Below, in pieces: positions 39,530 to 50,726 of a stretch of 64,000 nt of DNA. Within the stretch, counting starts at the first letter, position 1. Each line of letters starts with the position of its first letter. Below the pieces are notes generated by a model. It saw only the letters and a program-made list of their open reading frames with translations. It searched no databases and had not been told where the DNA came from. A program made the translations under genes and the position numbers. Source of the DNA: Nitrososphaerales archaeon (GTDB lineage Archaea > Thermoproteota > Nitrososphaeria > Nitrososphaerales > UBA213); the NCBI GenBank assembly GCA_965197925.1, contig CBDAOC010000020.1, positions 384,001-448,000 of the forward strand. Direction: 5' to 3'.

Positions 39530-40277
39530 AAAATTATATATTATCCATTATTTCCTTTATACTTCTTGAACACTTCTTCAAACTACATTAACCGCCAAAA
39601 TGTTCAAATCTATAGCCATTTCATACACTATTTCCATTTTATTCCTGTTATTTGCAAATGTGATTAGGTTTTCATTGCATTTCAACTAAATGATTCTCAA
39701 TTGTTACTAATTTAAAAAAATGGAAAATATATTTTGGAACATCAGAATTGTGAAAAATGGAAAATGTTATGAGTCAATCCAATGAGGAGGATAAATATAC
39801 TTAATCCACGGAGTGTGATGAACAAATATCATCTCATGTTTTTAATGGGGACTTTATTCATGAAGTAAAATGAGAGTCAAGTATTAATGCTTGTACTTTT
39901 ACACAGAGTAAAAAATTAATGACATTAAGTTATCAACTGCTGAATCCTCGATCCAAAAATACTTGATCAGATCGCGAAAGCATTACGTATTAGCTACTGT
40001 AAATAAAGTAAAGTGTTCATTAAGACTAACAAAGCGATACACTAAATAATGTCCAAACATGAGGGGGGGGAACATTCAAAGCTGAAGGAACCAAGAATTT
40101 TTGATATCTTAAATATACTCACTAACGATAAGGAGACATTTAGGTTTGAATTTTTAGAAAGATGACCTCAATTCACTTAAATGATAATTATACTGTATAA
40201 TTTTGTTGAACAGGTGAATAGTCTTTTACCAACATTGCCATTTAAACCAGTATTATTATTGTGATCAATGATATACA

Positions 40278-40577
40278 TTGAAAGCCTACATGGAAATTAG
40301 GGTCGAGCCAGGAAATGATGTTGAAAAGATTGTTGAGAATATTAAGAGGTCAGAAGGGGTAAGGGAAGTGTGTAGAGTAATTGGACGTGTAGACATAGTA
40401 GTTACAGTTGAGGGACGGGATTTGAAACATTTGTCTGATATATCTCTAGAGAGAATTTCTGCGGTAAGAGGTGTCTCAATAGGTCAAACGCTTGTTTGTG
40501 TTGAACCTGAAACTCTACCACAGTCATCAGTTCCCTCGACATCATCAGAAGAGGTACCGGCAATATCATTTAGCTGA
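40278..40577 (+). CDS. Stand-alone Lrp/AsnC ligand-binding (RAM) domain protein
   Basis: KAYMEI.V..G...GV.EV..V.GR.DIVV.VE; no HTH. Confidence 0.8.
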   Translation: MKAYMEIRVEPGNDVEKIVENIKRSEGVREVCRVIGRVDIVVTVEGRDLKHLSDISLERISAVRGVSIGQTLVCVEPETLPQSSVPSTSSEEVPAISFS

Positions 40578-40598
40578 GGTGAAAACCTCAATTTTTTT
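40575..40598 (+). terminator. Hairpin plus oligo-T terminator-like element
   Basis: TGAGGT-GAAA-ACCTCA followed by A and T7, overlapping the stop codon. Confidence 0.55.
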
Positions 40599-41230
40599 GA
40601 GAATTTGTCCAATATCATCATGATATATTACGTTAGGAGATTCGGAACTAATGGTTTAGGTTTTTGCCACCAATCTCTCCCCTAGAGCTTCTGCCTTTAG
40701 GTTGGTTCTTTCTGATGTAATCGACCTAAATATGGGTTCTAATTCCAATAGACCTACTTACAATTCAATCTCTGACAATATTGGGACTTATAATGTAGAA
40801 GTTTAGGTAAGTATTGTAGTATGGCATATTAGATAGAAAGTTTGTTAAATAGTAATGTGGAATATATCCATTTTTTCATTAAGATAATATTTGAACATGT
40901 CCTAATTAGATTCTCTACGGATGACATTTAATTTCAACCATCAGTTCCACTATATTATGTTGGTTCTAGCATATGTTAGTCAGAAAAACCTTCTCTCGAT
41001 TAATATATTCTAAAAAGGGTTTATTGAGGTTAGAGTAAGGTCAAAAAGGCGTATATCTGACGATGTTAGATTCTAACATTTGAACAGATGTCAGTCAGCA
41101 TTGAATTATATGCGAAGCCTAGATGTAACAGTTTTCTTGTAAAATTGTACCATTCCTGTACTTTGATAAACAATGTTATGAATCTGATATGTAATTTTTC
41201 GGAACCTGCTGATCTGATATAAAATATACT

Positions 41231-42110
41231 CAACTCATCTCAAAACCCTACAATACATCAAAAATGATGCGAGATTAACAAATGCCAGGTAGTTTTCTGC
41301 CGTTCTTTCATACCTGGTTCTTGTTCTGTGAAATCCATTCTTGAGCCATGCAAGGAATCTCTCAACTACAAATCTTGTCTTGCTGTAATGTTTGCAATCA
41401 TTATTTTGCAAGATGAACTTGGAATTTATTTTGTATGGGATGCAACATGCAATATTTCTATTCCACAACCACAAATACATTCTGATGTATTTTGCATCAT
41501 TTTGTCTGCATAAACTGGTTCTATCTGTTGTATTGAATCATCATCAAGATAGTCTGAAATTGATCCTGTAACATCCATGCATTTTGTACTGTCATGTTCA
41601 TTTGCTGGACTCAACAGTATGGATATTGGAAATCCGTTACTCTCTACTGCGGCATGTATTTTTGTACCTGTTATTCTCTTGAATCCATTATATCCAGTTA
41701 CATTGCCCCTTTTTTATCAGGAATGGATGAAGAGTCAACTGATATTTTTTGTAGATTAATTTTGCCAGATTTATGTGCTGAGTGAATAGTACGTGATAGA
41801 ATCTTTTTCCAGATTCCTTTTTGTTGCCATTTGTTTAACCTTCTGTTTGCAGTAGAATCATCACCATATCTTTTTGGCATATCGTCCCATCGGCATCCAG
41901 TAGTTAGAACATGGATTATTCCGTTAATGATTTTTCTATCATAATCCCTAGGCCTGCCAGTTTTTGCATGTGGTGGTATGTGTGATTCCATCATACTCCA
42001 CTGTTTGTCTGATAATTCTTGGAATTTCATAAAATAATTTTAGATGTCGCTATTCATAGATCTAAATGGCCGCTAAAAATTGTCTAAATGGTTAGTTTTG
42101 AGATGAGTTG
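41231..42110 (-). mobile_element. IS5-family element, copy B (880 bp, defective)
   Basis: Same TIRs as copy A; 3-bp TSD ACT/ACT; orfA 41698-42030 ends just after an A6G4 slippery site. Confidence 0.95.
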
Positions 42111-42330
42111 ACTATTGGTCACATTTAGGTAGTTCTGACGATTACAATACTTGCAAAAATGCATTATTGAGAAAAGATATTATGAGCAGAAGGGAATTAC
42201 TTAGGTGGATAAGGTTTTAGAAGATGGGTACACAGTGATTGTATAGATTACTAAGATGCTCTTATCCCCCAGAGAAAAGATGTGTAGTTCTAATTACAAT
42301 GATCGTACCAAATTATTCAATCTATAAAGA

Positions 42331-43569
42331 TTAGAAATATAAAGATAGTTCCTCGAACAGTTTTTTTGCTATGTTTGTCTTATTCTGTAAAGGAATGTGA
42401 ATCACCCTTTTGTCTTTTGAGATCAGGAATACTTCACTGGTATCTGAACCCATTTCTGATCCTTTTCTCCCAACATCATTGGCAGCTATCATGTCAGCAT
42501 CACATTCTTTCATTCGTGAATAGGCTTTATGTACAAGCTGGTCGTTATCAATATTTGAATCAGCCTTGAATGCGATCAAGAAAGTTTTGGGACTAACTTT
42601 CTTGATCTGATCTATAATCTTATTTGAGGTTTTCAAACTAATAGCGATTTGTTGGTTGCTCTTAGATTCCATTTTTTCTATTGAAGGATTTTCAGGTTTG
42701 TAGTCCGAAACTGAAGCAGTCATGACAGTGATGTCATAATTATTGTTTTGCAACTCATTGACTACACTATCCATCATTTCGTCACCTGTCTTAACTTTAA
42801 GCAGTCTCACATTACTTGGCATAACAACAGACCCTTGACCGTAAATCATCGTAACATTAGCACCAAGTCTAATCGCTTCATCAGCAATTGCAGCACCAAA
42901 CTTACCAGAGGCGGGGCTTGTTATCACTCGCACAGGATCTATGTATTCTATCGTAGCACCAGCAGTGATAAGGACGTTTTTGCCCTTAAGTTTCAAATTA
43001 GTGTGGAACTTCTCAAGGACGGCATTCAGAACTACTTCAGGTTCAGCAACCTTAGCCTTACCATTGATAATATTAGGGTCTATGAATTCAACAAAGGCCA
43101 TCAACTTCTCGATATTATCCTTCAGGATTGGATTTTCATACATAGCCTCATGCATGGCAGGCGCTATCATTATGGGAATTCTTGCGCCTAACCCAATACT
43201 TGCCATTGAAGTAATCGGTGTATCGTCAATACCATTAGCTATCTTACTCAAAGTATTACCTGTACACGGATAATATAGAATCAGATCGGACATGTCAAAA
43301 TTTGCGAGTTGTACATGTTCCAATTTCCATGTTAATTCATCGACAATATCATTACCGGTGGCCCACTTCATCAAATCTGGAGTAAGAATCATCTTCGATG
43401 ACTTGCTCATAACGACATGAACTTCAGCTCCATGGCGCATGAGCAATCTTGCCAGATCAACTGCTTTATAAGCAGCCACACTTCCGCTAATACACAGAAC
43501 AATCTTTTTGGTTTTTAGTTCTGTACCATCAGAAGCAATAATGTCTTTTGAAGGATGTTTATGACTCAT
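42331..43569 (-). CDS. coaBC: Phosphopantothenoylcysteine decarboxylase/synthetase
   Basis: SGSVAAYK, PAMH, ITAGAT.E.IDPVR, SVSDY, AANDV. Confidence 0.96.
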   Translation of the reverse strand: MSHKHPSKDIIASDGTELKTKKIVLCISGSVAAYKAVDLARLLMRHGAEVHVVMSKSSKMILTPDLMKWATGNDIVDELTWKLEHVQLANFDMSDLILYYPCTGNTLSKIANGIDDTPITSMASIGLGARIPIMIAPAMHEAMYENPILKDNIEKLMAFVEFIDPNIINGKAKVAEPEVVLNAVLEKFHTNLKLKGKNVLITAGATIEYIDPVRVITSPASGKFGAAIADEAIRLGANVTMIYGQGSVVMPSNVRLLKVKTGDEMMDSVVNELQNNNYDITVMTASVSDYKPENPSIEKMESKSNQQIAISLKTSNKIIDQIKKVSPKTFLIAFKADSNIDNDQLVHKAYSRMKECDADMIAANDVGRKGSEMGSDTSEVFLISKDKRVIHIPLQNKTNIAKKLFEELSLYF

Positions 43570-44425
43570 TTCTTATAGTACCTAACCGTTTCATTAATTT
43601 ATCAAATTCATTACTATCCATATGGAAGGCATTTTCATCTGAAGGAAACCTTTCACTCATCACATCATTTTTGAATGTAGTTAACGCTTGCATAATTTCC
43701 TCTGATAATTCCGCATACCTTTTAACAAATTTTATTTTCTTCTTGTATAGACCTAACAAATCATGAATCACTAGAACCTGTCCATCACAAACGCTGCCTG
43801 AACCAATACCTATTGTTGGTATCTTCAGAGCATCTGTAATTAATTGTGCAACTTCAGTTACAACCTTTTCTAGGACAATGCAGTAGACACCAGCCTTCTC
43901 AAGCGATTTGGCATCTCTAATAAGTTGCAGTGCAGATTCCTTGTCGTTCCCTTGTACCTTATAACCATCCCAAAGCATGGAAGTTTGTGGCTTCAATCCT
44001 ATATGTCCTACAACAGGCACACCTGCCTTTACAATTGCTTTTATTGTGTCGAACACTTCCTCCCCTCCCTCTATCTTGACTGCATCAACGCCTCCTTCTT
44101 TTACAAATATACATGCGTTTCTGACGGCCTCAATAACATCAATTTGATATGACATAAAAGGCATATCGGCTATCACCATTGCCCGTCTGGTTCCTTTTGT
44201 AACCCCCTTGCAAAACAACATCATTTCTTCCATGGTAACAGGTGTTGTTGTATTGTAACCAAGCATTACCATACCTGCACTATCCCCTACCAATAAAATA
44301 TCAATTCCGACATTATCACAGATTTTTGCAGTGGTAAAGTCATATGCAGTCAGCATAATTATCTTCCTCTTTTTCTTCATAGATATGATCTCAGATACAG
44401 TGACTTTCCCTTTTCCGTTTTCCAT
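43559..44425 (-). CDS. panB: Ketopantoate hydroxymethyltransferase
   Basis: LTAYD, LVGDS, ADMPF, VKIEGG, GHIGL, DGQVLV. Confidence 0.97.
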   Translation of the reverse strand: MENGKGKVTVSEIISMKKKRKIIMLTAYDFTTAKICDNVGIDILLVGDSAGMVMLGYNTTTPVTMEEMMLFCKGVTKGTRRAMVIADMPFMSYQIDVIEAVRNACIFVKEGGVDAVKIEGGEEVFDTIKAIVKAGVPVVGHIGLKPQTSMLWDGYKVQGNDKESALQLIRDAKSLEKAGVYCIVLEKVVTEVAQLITDALKIPTIGIGSGSVCDGQVLVIHDLLGLYKKKIKFVKRYAELSEEIMQALTTFKNDVMSERFPSDENAFHMDSNEFDKLMKRLGTIRNES

Positions 44426-45181
44426 TTAATTCATCTTTAATCCCTTAAGAATAAACTGTAAGCTGGTATTACGGTTTTTCTCATTATCAAAAGTATGAAT
44501 AATTCTTTTCAATTTAGTTCTGTTCATTTTTCTTATTCTTTTAGCAAGTTCTACCATCTGGGGAATTGCTCTTACCACATTATCAACTATGGTAACATCT
44601 GCTTCCAGGGCTGTCCTAGACAGGGGATTCAGATCTATCGCAATAACATTCTTGCCCATCTTTATCAGCGCTTCAGTTCTATCTCCATCTTCTAGTGGAA
44701 CAAGGACAACATCAGCTAGGTATATACCTCCAAGGTCCCCTTTTCTCCTGTTGCTCATCAGCTCAGGTATACTTGAAGATTCCTTATTGCTAACACCGAG
44801 AACGTGTTTTGCACCATTTACAATCAATAATTTTTTTAAAGCTTTTTCTCTTTTCAAAGTTCTGTAAAACAGGTTGACCTCTATACTGGCACCTGTCTCT
44901 TCAGCAAGTTCCACAATATCCTTAGAGCATAAACATGCTGTGTTTCCATTTACAGAGACCACTGGTCTTTCTGCCAAAAGCATAAGGGCAACAGCTGATT
45001 TCATAGCTTTGATGGCTTCCTTCGTAGTTCTCTCACCAATTAGATAGTCGAATGCTTCTCCTCTTCCATGTGCGATCAATCCTTCCTCAACGACAATACC
45101 ATTCCTAAAGCCACTTACCAATAGCTCCCGTATCTGCAGAGATCCGGCTCTGGGATGATTACAAGGAATATTTCTCAACAT
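44426..45181 (-). CDS. 4-phosphopantoate-beta-alanine ligase (phosphopantothenate synthetase)
   Basis: HPR..SL..RE, AHGRGEAFDY, VNGN, LEDGDR, DLNPLSRT. Confidence 0.95.
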   Translation of the reverse strand: MLRNIPCNHPRAGSLQIRELLVSGFRNGIVVEEGLIAHGRGEAFDYLIGERTTKEAIKAMKSAVALMLLAERPVVSVNGNTACLCSKDIVELAEETGASIEVNLFYRTLKREKALKKLLIVNGAKHVLGVSNKESSSIPELMSNRRKGDLGGIYLADVVLVPLEDGDRTEALIKMGKNVIAIDLNPLSRTALEADVTIVDNVVRAIPQMVELAKRIRKMNRTKLKRIIHTFDNEKNRNTSLQFILKGLKMN

Positions 45182-46056
45182 AGCCTCGCTCCATCATTAT
45201 CAATATCACAAATCCAAACTCTACCCTCATACTTATCAAGAATTTTCTGAATATTACCAATATCATCATTGTTTATTAGAGAAAATACTGTTTCACCAAA
45301 CATTGCTACAGAACACATGTAACCATTTGCAAAAAGGTCGTCAACAACATCCTTGCATCTGCTACTCATGAAACCAACAGTTCTTGCAAACTGTAAGGAT
45401 AAATGCATAAAGTTACTAACAGTTCTTGTCTTACTTAATGTTGTAAGCATCTTTCCCCCAATTCCGTTTATGGTATGTATTTTATTGGTTAGAAAATCTT
45501 TTGTTGATACTGGACCTATGCAAAATAGAATTACCTTTTTGTTATTTGATGGAATTTTTTCTACTACACCAATTCCCGGTGCTCCCGCAACCGATCGCAT
45601 TTCAAAACCACCGTGAAATTCCGCAAGGACTGTACCGACACCGCATCTGCATGCAATATCAGCCTTATGTGCAATTTTTGCAGCCTCAATACGACTTAAC
45701 GGTGTGTCAAGGGCTTGATTAAGTGCAAGCGATAAACTTAATCCAGCTGCTCCACTGGATCCTAGACCATACCCTATTGGTATTTCCGAAAGATGTTCAA
45801 CAATTATTTTATAATTTTTGTTTAGAATTGCAAGATATTCATCAATTACATAAATTGATACTTCTGCATCAAATACCAATTTTCCATTGATAAGTATAGT
45901 ATGACTATTCTTAGCTGCAGTTTCAAGCTTTACTGTTGTTGTTATTCCTTTGTTTATACAGAAACCCGCGCCTAATGAACCAGTAAGCTGAGAATCTAGT
46001 GTACTAAACTGAACAAATCCTGTTACATGACCTGGAGAAAATGCTTGAGCCTGCAT
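45175..46056 (-). CDS. Pantoate kinase (GHMP family)
   Basis: FSPGHVTGF, GSLGAG, PIGYGLGSSGA, GAPG; first gene of the CoA operon. Confidence 0.92.
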   Translation of the reverse strand: MQAQAFSPGHVTGFVQFSTLDSQLTGSLGAGFCINKGITTTVKLETAAKNSHTILINGKLVFDAEVSIYVIDEYLAILNKNYKIIVEHLSEIPIGYGLGSSGAAGLSLSLALNQALDTPLSRIEAAKIAHKADIACRCGVGTVLAEFHGGFEMRSVAGAPGIGVVEKIPSNNKKVILFCIGPVSTKDFLTNKIHTINGIGGKMLTTLSKTRTVSNFMHLSLQFARTVGFMSSRCKDVVDDLFANGYMCSVAMFGETVFSLINNDDIGNIQKILDKYEGRVWICDIDNDGARLC

Positions 46057-46121
46057 TCATATAAAAGATTACTACGCAAATATATATAAATATTGTATAA
46101 AATATATAAATTACTTTAAAC

Positions 46122-47090
46122 ATGGGAAAGTATTCTAGAAGATTGCAGAAAATAGGCGGGAGTGTTCTCATATCATTACCAAAGGAATGGGTCAAGTACA
46201 ACAGGTTAGATAGAGGGAATACAATTGTCATAGAAGTCAGAAAGGATAATTCAATTATATTATATCCGGCGGGAAGGGAATTGGAAGAAGTAAAAGAATT
46301 TTCAATTCAATATCCATCAAAATACACTGAATCTTTGATAAATGAAATCACAGGTGCATACCTATTGGGTTATGATATCATCAAATTGAAAGGTAATTCG
46401 CAAATTTCGTATGAAGATAGGGAGATGATCAAAGAAATGATAGGAAAGATGGTCGGTATGGAGATAGTTGATGAAGATGGGTATAAAATCACCGCGCAAT
46501 TTTTACTGGACTCTACAACACTTGATCCAGCGAAGATTCTTTTTAGAATGAATTCCATAGTATCCGGAATGTATAAAGATACTTTGGCATCTTTGCTAGA
46601 AAGAGATCCCAATTTTCTGAAGATAATCACTAGAAGGGATGATGAGGTAGACAGACAATACTTCTTGTTGGTGCGATTGATTAGGAGTGCAATTATAGAC
46701 CCCACACTCGCAAGCAAGCATGATCTCACCAACATAGACATACTTGATTATAGAATTGTCGCGAACCTTTTCGAAAGTGCAGGCGATGCTATAGTAGAGC
46801 TCGCAAAGGCCATTTCTAATATTGACCGCTTGCAGAAATCTGAAGATCTCATAAAGGCCGGAGAGCTCATAGAAACAATAAGGGATACTGCGGTGAATGC
46901 ATTCTCAAGGAAAAATAGAGCAGATTCAATTAAAGCGATAAAACAATACTCAAAATGTAATGAACTTCTTGAATTGAAGAAGCGGAATGCCCCAGTGAAT
47001 ACTTTAAATGTTATATATCAAATGGACAGGATCGCAAGATGCTGGATTGATGTTGTAGATTTAGTGAGGCCAGTATCTTCTGCATTATAG
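46122..47090 (+). CDS. AbrB-domain PhoU-family regulator
   Basis: RRLQKIGGSVLISLPKEW, YLLGYD, RDDEVDRQYFL. Confidence 0.9.
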   Translation: MGKYSRRLQKIGGSVLISLPKEWVKYNRLDRGNTIVIEVRKDNSIILYPAGRELEEVKEFSIQYPSKYTESLINEITGAYLLGYDIIKLKGNSQISYEDREMIKEMIGKMVGMEIVDEDGYKITAQFLLDSTTLDPAKILFRMNSIVSGMYKDTLASLLERDPNFLKIITRRDDEVDRQYFLLVRLIRSAIIDPTLASKHDLTNIDILDYRIVANLFESAGDAIVELAKAISNIDRLQKSEDLIKAGELIETIRDTAVNAFSRKNRADSIKAIKQYSKCNELLELKKRNAPVNTLNVIYQMDRIARCWIDVVDLVRPVSSAL

Positions 47091-47092
47091 GT

Positions 47093-49582
47093 CTACCCTC
47101 TCAAATCTCTTTCGAGTTTTTCTATCCGCTGCACCAATTCTAAATTCCGTGACCTTACTTTATCAACTTCTTCTCGCATCTGTGTAATTTCATTTGGCTT
47201 CTGCAAGGACTCTCTTATTGCTAATACACTTTCTTCTGCCACTCTCTGCACTCTTGTATCAATATCGTTCGTAGCTACCCATTCTATGTCAGGAATTGCT
47301 CTCGAATCTTGTGCTTCAACTAATGCCTTTAATGTATTTATCCTTACCTTAAACCAAGGATCTTTCAAAAGATGTTTCAGAGTGTCAATAACTTTATCGT
47401 TATTCGTAACAAATTTTCCAAGTGCGAGTGCAGCTGCTTCCCTCATTTTATGATGTTTTCCAAGCCTTGTATTTTCAATCAATAAGTGTGATGCAATGTC
47501 ATCTTTCAGTTCGCCAAAGCCTGTGAGAGCAGCCGATGCTATGACTTCATTGAAAGAGCTTATTCGTAAAGCCTTCAATAAAGTTGAAAAAACTTCCCTA
47601 GAAGTTGATTTACCCAAAGATATGGCGCTTTCTGCCTGAACAAAATAACTTTCATCATTTTCTAGGATACGCTGTAGTAAGGAAATGTTTTCTTGTTTCT
47701 TGAATTCTCCAATCGCTTTAACAATGGCTCGTCTTACTTTTGGATTTTCAATTCCAACAGAATGAATTAATGCACTGTAAGCAGCGTCAGTCTTGATGTA
47801 TGAAAGTGTTTTTGCACATTGTGCAGATACTCCCCAAAAAGAATCGGTTAGTAAAACTACTTTCAACGCATCTATGACATCTTCCGAGCTGAAATCAGAT
47901 AATGCTTTTATAGCGTAAATCCTCTCTACCATATTTCCTTCCTTCAACTGTTCTATAAGCATATTCTTTGATGCTTTTATTTCCATCTTCTTAAGCAATT
48001 TGTTCTCTGGATCTACGCTAAACCATACAGGTGTGGAATCAAGTGGGATGTGAAATATTGGTTCTTTAGAATCAATTACAAACTTGTACTGTTTCTTGCT
48101 GTTTTCAGTTGTAATATGAATATCGACTGGGAACTTATAGATCGGCGTACCATCATCTGTATTCTGGACTTGGTTTAGCTTAACTGTAGCAATTTTGGAC
48201 TGATGATCAAATTGGAATTCAACCCTCAATTCTAGATGTCCCGGCTTGAAAATGTATTGCTCGAAAAATTGCTGCAAACTCAAGCCAGATACTTCCTCTA
48301 CACATTTCCGAAAATCATCAGTTTCGGCATTCTTATAACTAAACCTCTCGACGTATAACTTGACAGCTTTCCTGAACATACTATCATTAATAATACTCCT
48401 TAACATGTGCAATGTGCATGCACCTTTTTCATAGGTATGACGATCAAATAGATCATCGGGGTGTCGGTATACATTAGTAACTATAGCTCTCTTGTACCTT
48501 TTAGAAGATTCATCGAAGTATTCTTCAGCGAACTGCATTATGTAATAATCGAATTCATTTTCGCCCTTGAGGTGTAACCATGAAAGTGCCTCAAAATAAG
48601 TAGCAAATGACTCATTTAGCCAAATGTGCTGCCAGTCCCTGCATGTGACCAGATCACCAAACCATTGATGAACAAGTTCATGTGAGACCAAATGATCACT
48701 GGTAAAATCCAAATTTGCCTTGTTATCATGTAACGTATCCATCGTCAAAGTTGTTGCACTTACATTTTCCATTCCACCATAGATAAAATCATCCACTGTG
48801 GTTTGTGCATATTTATCATAAGGATACCTTACTCCAATATAGTCTTCAAAAAATTTCATCATGTTTCTAGTATTTGCGAAGGAGAGTGGTGCCTCATCAA
48901 CTTTATCTTTAGGTACATAATACAATAAGTCAATATCATTGTAATTTTCCCTTATTTCTTCATAGTTTCCTATGACTACTGATATAAGATATGCTGATAC
49001 TGGATGTTCCTCCATCCAGTGATACTTTGCATTGTCAGTTTTAGTTAAATTGATTAACTTTCCATTTGATATTGCAACAAATTCATTTGGAACTTCAACA
49101 ATCATTTCAACTGTAAATTTCATATCCGGATGGTCGAAGCATGGAAACCAATGTTTTGATTGCGTCGTTTCCCCCTGCGTCCACGCCTGAATGTGTTTGT
49201 TTGGATAATTGTTATCAGGATTTACGAAATAGAAACCTCTTCTGGGTTTCGCATCATAATTAATTGAAAGTGTGATTGTTTCATTTTCAGATGCAGGTTC
49301 TAGAAGGTCTATCCTTAGTTTATCGTCAAGTGTTTTATATCCCAAGGCCTGTTCGTTTGCGTAGATAGATATAATATTCAGTTCTGCTGCGTCAAGTGTT
49401 ATATGAGCTAATCTATCTTGAATAACGTTTATTGTGAGTTTTTGCTTACATGTGATCCTCTTTCCATCAAAATCAGGCTTTAGTTCAAGTCTAATATGCT
49501 TAATTGTATACTGTTTTTCTGGAATGTAATGGCACTTACTTCCAGCCAGTTCAAATTTCTTAACCATATGCTCAGCCATCAA
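47093..49582 (-). CDS. M1 aminopeptidase with HEAT repeats and C-terminal coiled coil
   Basis: WFPCFD, GGMEN, HELVHQWFG..LNE, YEKG; HEAT-like repeats. Confidence 0.93.
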   Translation of the reverse strand: MMAEHMVKKFELAGSKCHYIPEKQYTIKHIRLELKPDFDGKRITCKQKLTINVIQDRLAHITLDAAELNIISIYANEQALGYKTLDDKLRIDLLEPASENETITLSINYDAKPRRGFYFVNPDNNYPNKHIQAWTQGETTQSKHWFPCFDHPDMKFTVEMIVEVPNEFVAISNGKLINLTKTDNAKYHWMEEHPVSAYLISVVIGNYEEIRENYNDIDLLYYVPKDKVDEAPLSFANTRNMMKFFEDYIGVRYPYDKYAQTTVDDFIYGGMENVSATTLTMDTLHDNKANLDFTSDHLVSHELVHQWFGDLVTCRDWQHIWLNESFATYFEALSWLHLKGENEFDYYIMQFAEEYFDESSKRYKRAIVTNVYRHPDDLFDRHTYEKGACTLHMLRSIINDSMFRKAVKLYVERFSYKNAETDDFRKCVEEVSGLSLQQFFEQYIFKPGHLELRVEFQFDHQSKIATVKLNQVQNTDDGTPIYKFPVDIHITTENSKKQYKFVIDSKEPIFHIPLDSTPVWFSVDPENKLLKKMEIKASKNMLIEQLKEGNMVERIYAIKALSDFSSEDVIDALKVVLLTDSFWGVSAQCAKTLSYIKTDAAYSALIHSVGIENPKVRRAIVKAIGEFKKQENISLLQRILENDESYFVQAESAISLGKSTSREVFSTLLKALRISSFNEVIASAALTGFGELKDDIASHLLIENTRLGKHHKMREAAALALGKFVTNNDKVIDTLKHLLKDPWFKVRINTLKALVEAQDSRAIPDIEWVATNDIDTRVQRVAEESVLAIRESLQKPNEITQMREEVDKVRSRNLELVQRIEKLERDLRG

Positions 49583-49624
49583 CTAGCATTCCCAGTTAAT
49601 ATATAATAAATATTTGGAAAAGAA

Positions 49625-50587
49625 GGCTCTGTAGAAACCATACCATAAATACAGTCAATCTATGCATGTTGTAGGCTATCACTCTGAACATCAGTTCCCT
49701 ATTCTGCATCTTCACCAGTCTTGATGTTATATACTCACCAAACATTCTCTTTACCACAGACAGTATTGTCTCATTCTTATTCCTCTGATAGTAAAGTTGT
49801 TTGTAGAATCTCCTCTTCATTTGCTTTCTGTATCTTCCATGTGTTCTCCATACTGGAACATCTTCATATCTAGCTGGTATGATACTAACAGCATCAAGTT
49901 CTTCTCTTACAAATTCATGATTTGCTTCGCTATCATAGCCCTTGTCTGCTACAACGATAGATAATGGCATTATGTTTGATGCTCTTTCCATAATGGGTTT
50001 GAAATCTACAGTATCATGCTTAGGAGCACGCCTGATCTTCAATGAACATGCTATTTGCTCTCTTAATTCAGCACCCATCGATAGCTTGATGTACTTCTTC
50101 CTTATTCCTGTTCTATCCGTATAGTATGACGATGCGTTGCTCGACCTGAATCCAGAAGCATCTATTCCTACCAACAATTTTCTAATCTTGGTAAGGAGTA
50201 TGAATGAAGATACTATTCTGTACATCAAGGTACTATTGATTCTTGAAGCAAACTTCTGAAGCGTTGTATAATGTGGCACCTTGTCTAACTGCATAAACAT
50301 TCTGAGATAGTATGCTTCATGCAACCATTCCACAAACCTTCTATAGCTCTCTTCCCTTCATACTGCCTAAATGCTAGCAGGATGATATGGTGCCATACCG
50401 TATAGATATGGTTGCTCTTCCTGTGCATGTAGAGCGGTACTCTAGCCTATATCAAGACATCAAGTATTACTTTTGCAAGTTTGGCGTATCGCGATTCTTT
50501 CATGCATAAGCATGCATGGCACGTAACACTTGATCTAATGGTGCAATTCGATATACAACGGGCTAAAATCTATGGTTTCTACGAGCC
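49625..50587 (-). mobile_element. IS5-family element (ISH1-group-like) with 8-bp TSD; transposase pseudogene
   Basis: TIRs GGCTCTGTAGAAACCATA / TATGGTTTCTACGAGCC; perfect TSD GAAAAGAA (49617-24, 50588-95). ATG at 50503, early TAG and a 2-nt AG insertion; DDE motifs IDASG, ADKGYD, NKNET. Confidence 0.95.
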
Positions 50588-50726
50588 GAAAAGAAGTTTT
50601 TAGGAAAGACATATCTTTTCAGTGCATAATCCTATCTTAGTATTGTGTTTAGAAATCTTGTCTATCCAAAAACAGGAATCATTTGGTATTTTACTGCATA
50701 AAATGCAAAAAAGAAAATTGATGAGA

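Noticed and set aside
40620..40800. Possible decayed ORF remnants (also 29340-29480, 37250-37380, 42160-42270)
   Set aside because: Protein-like fragments with stops but no family I can recognise; needs tblastx.
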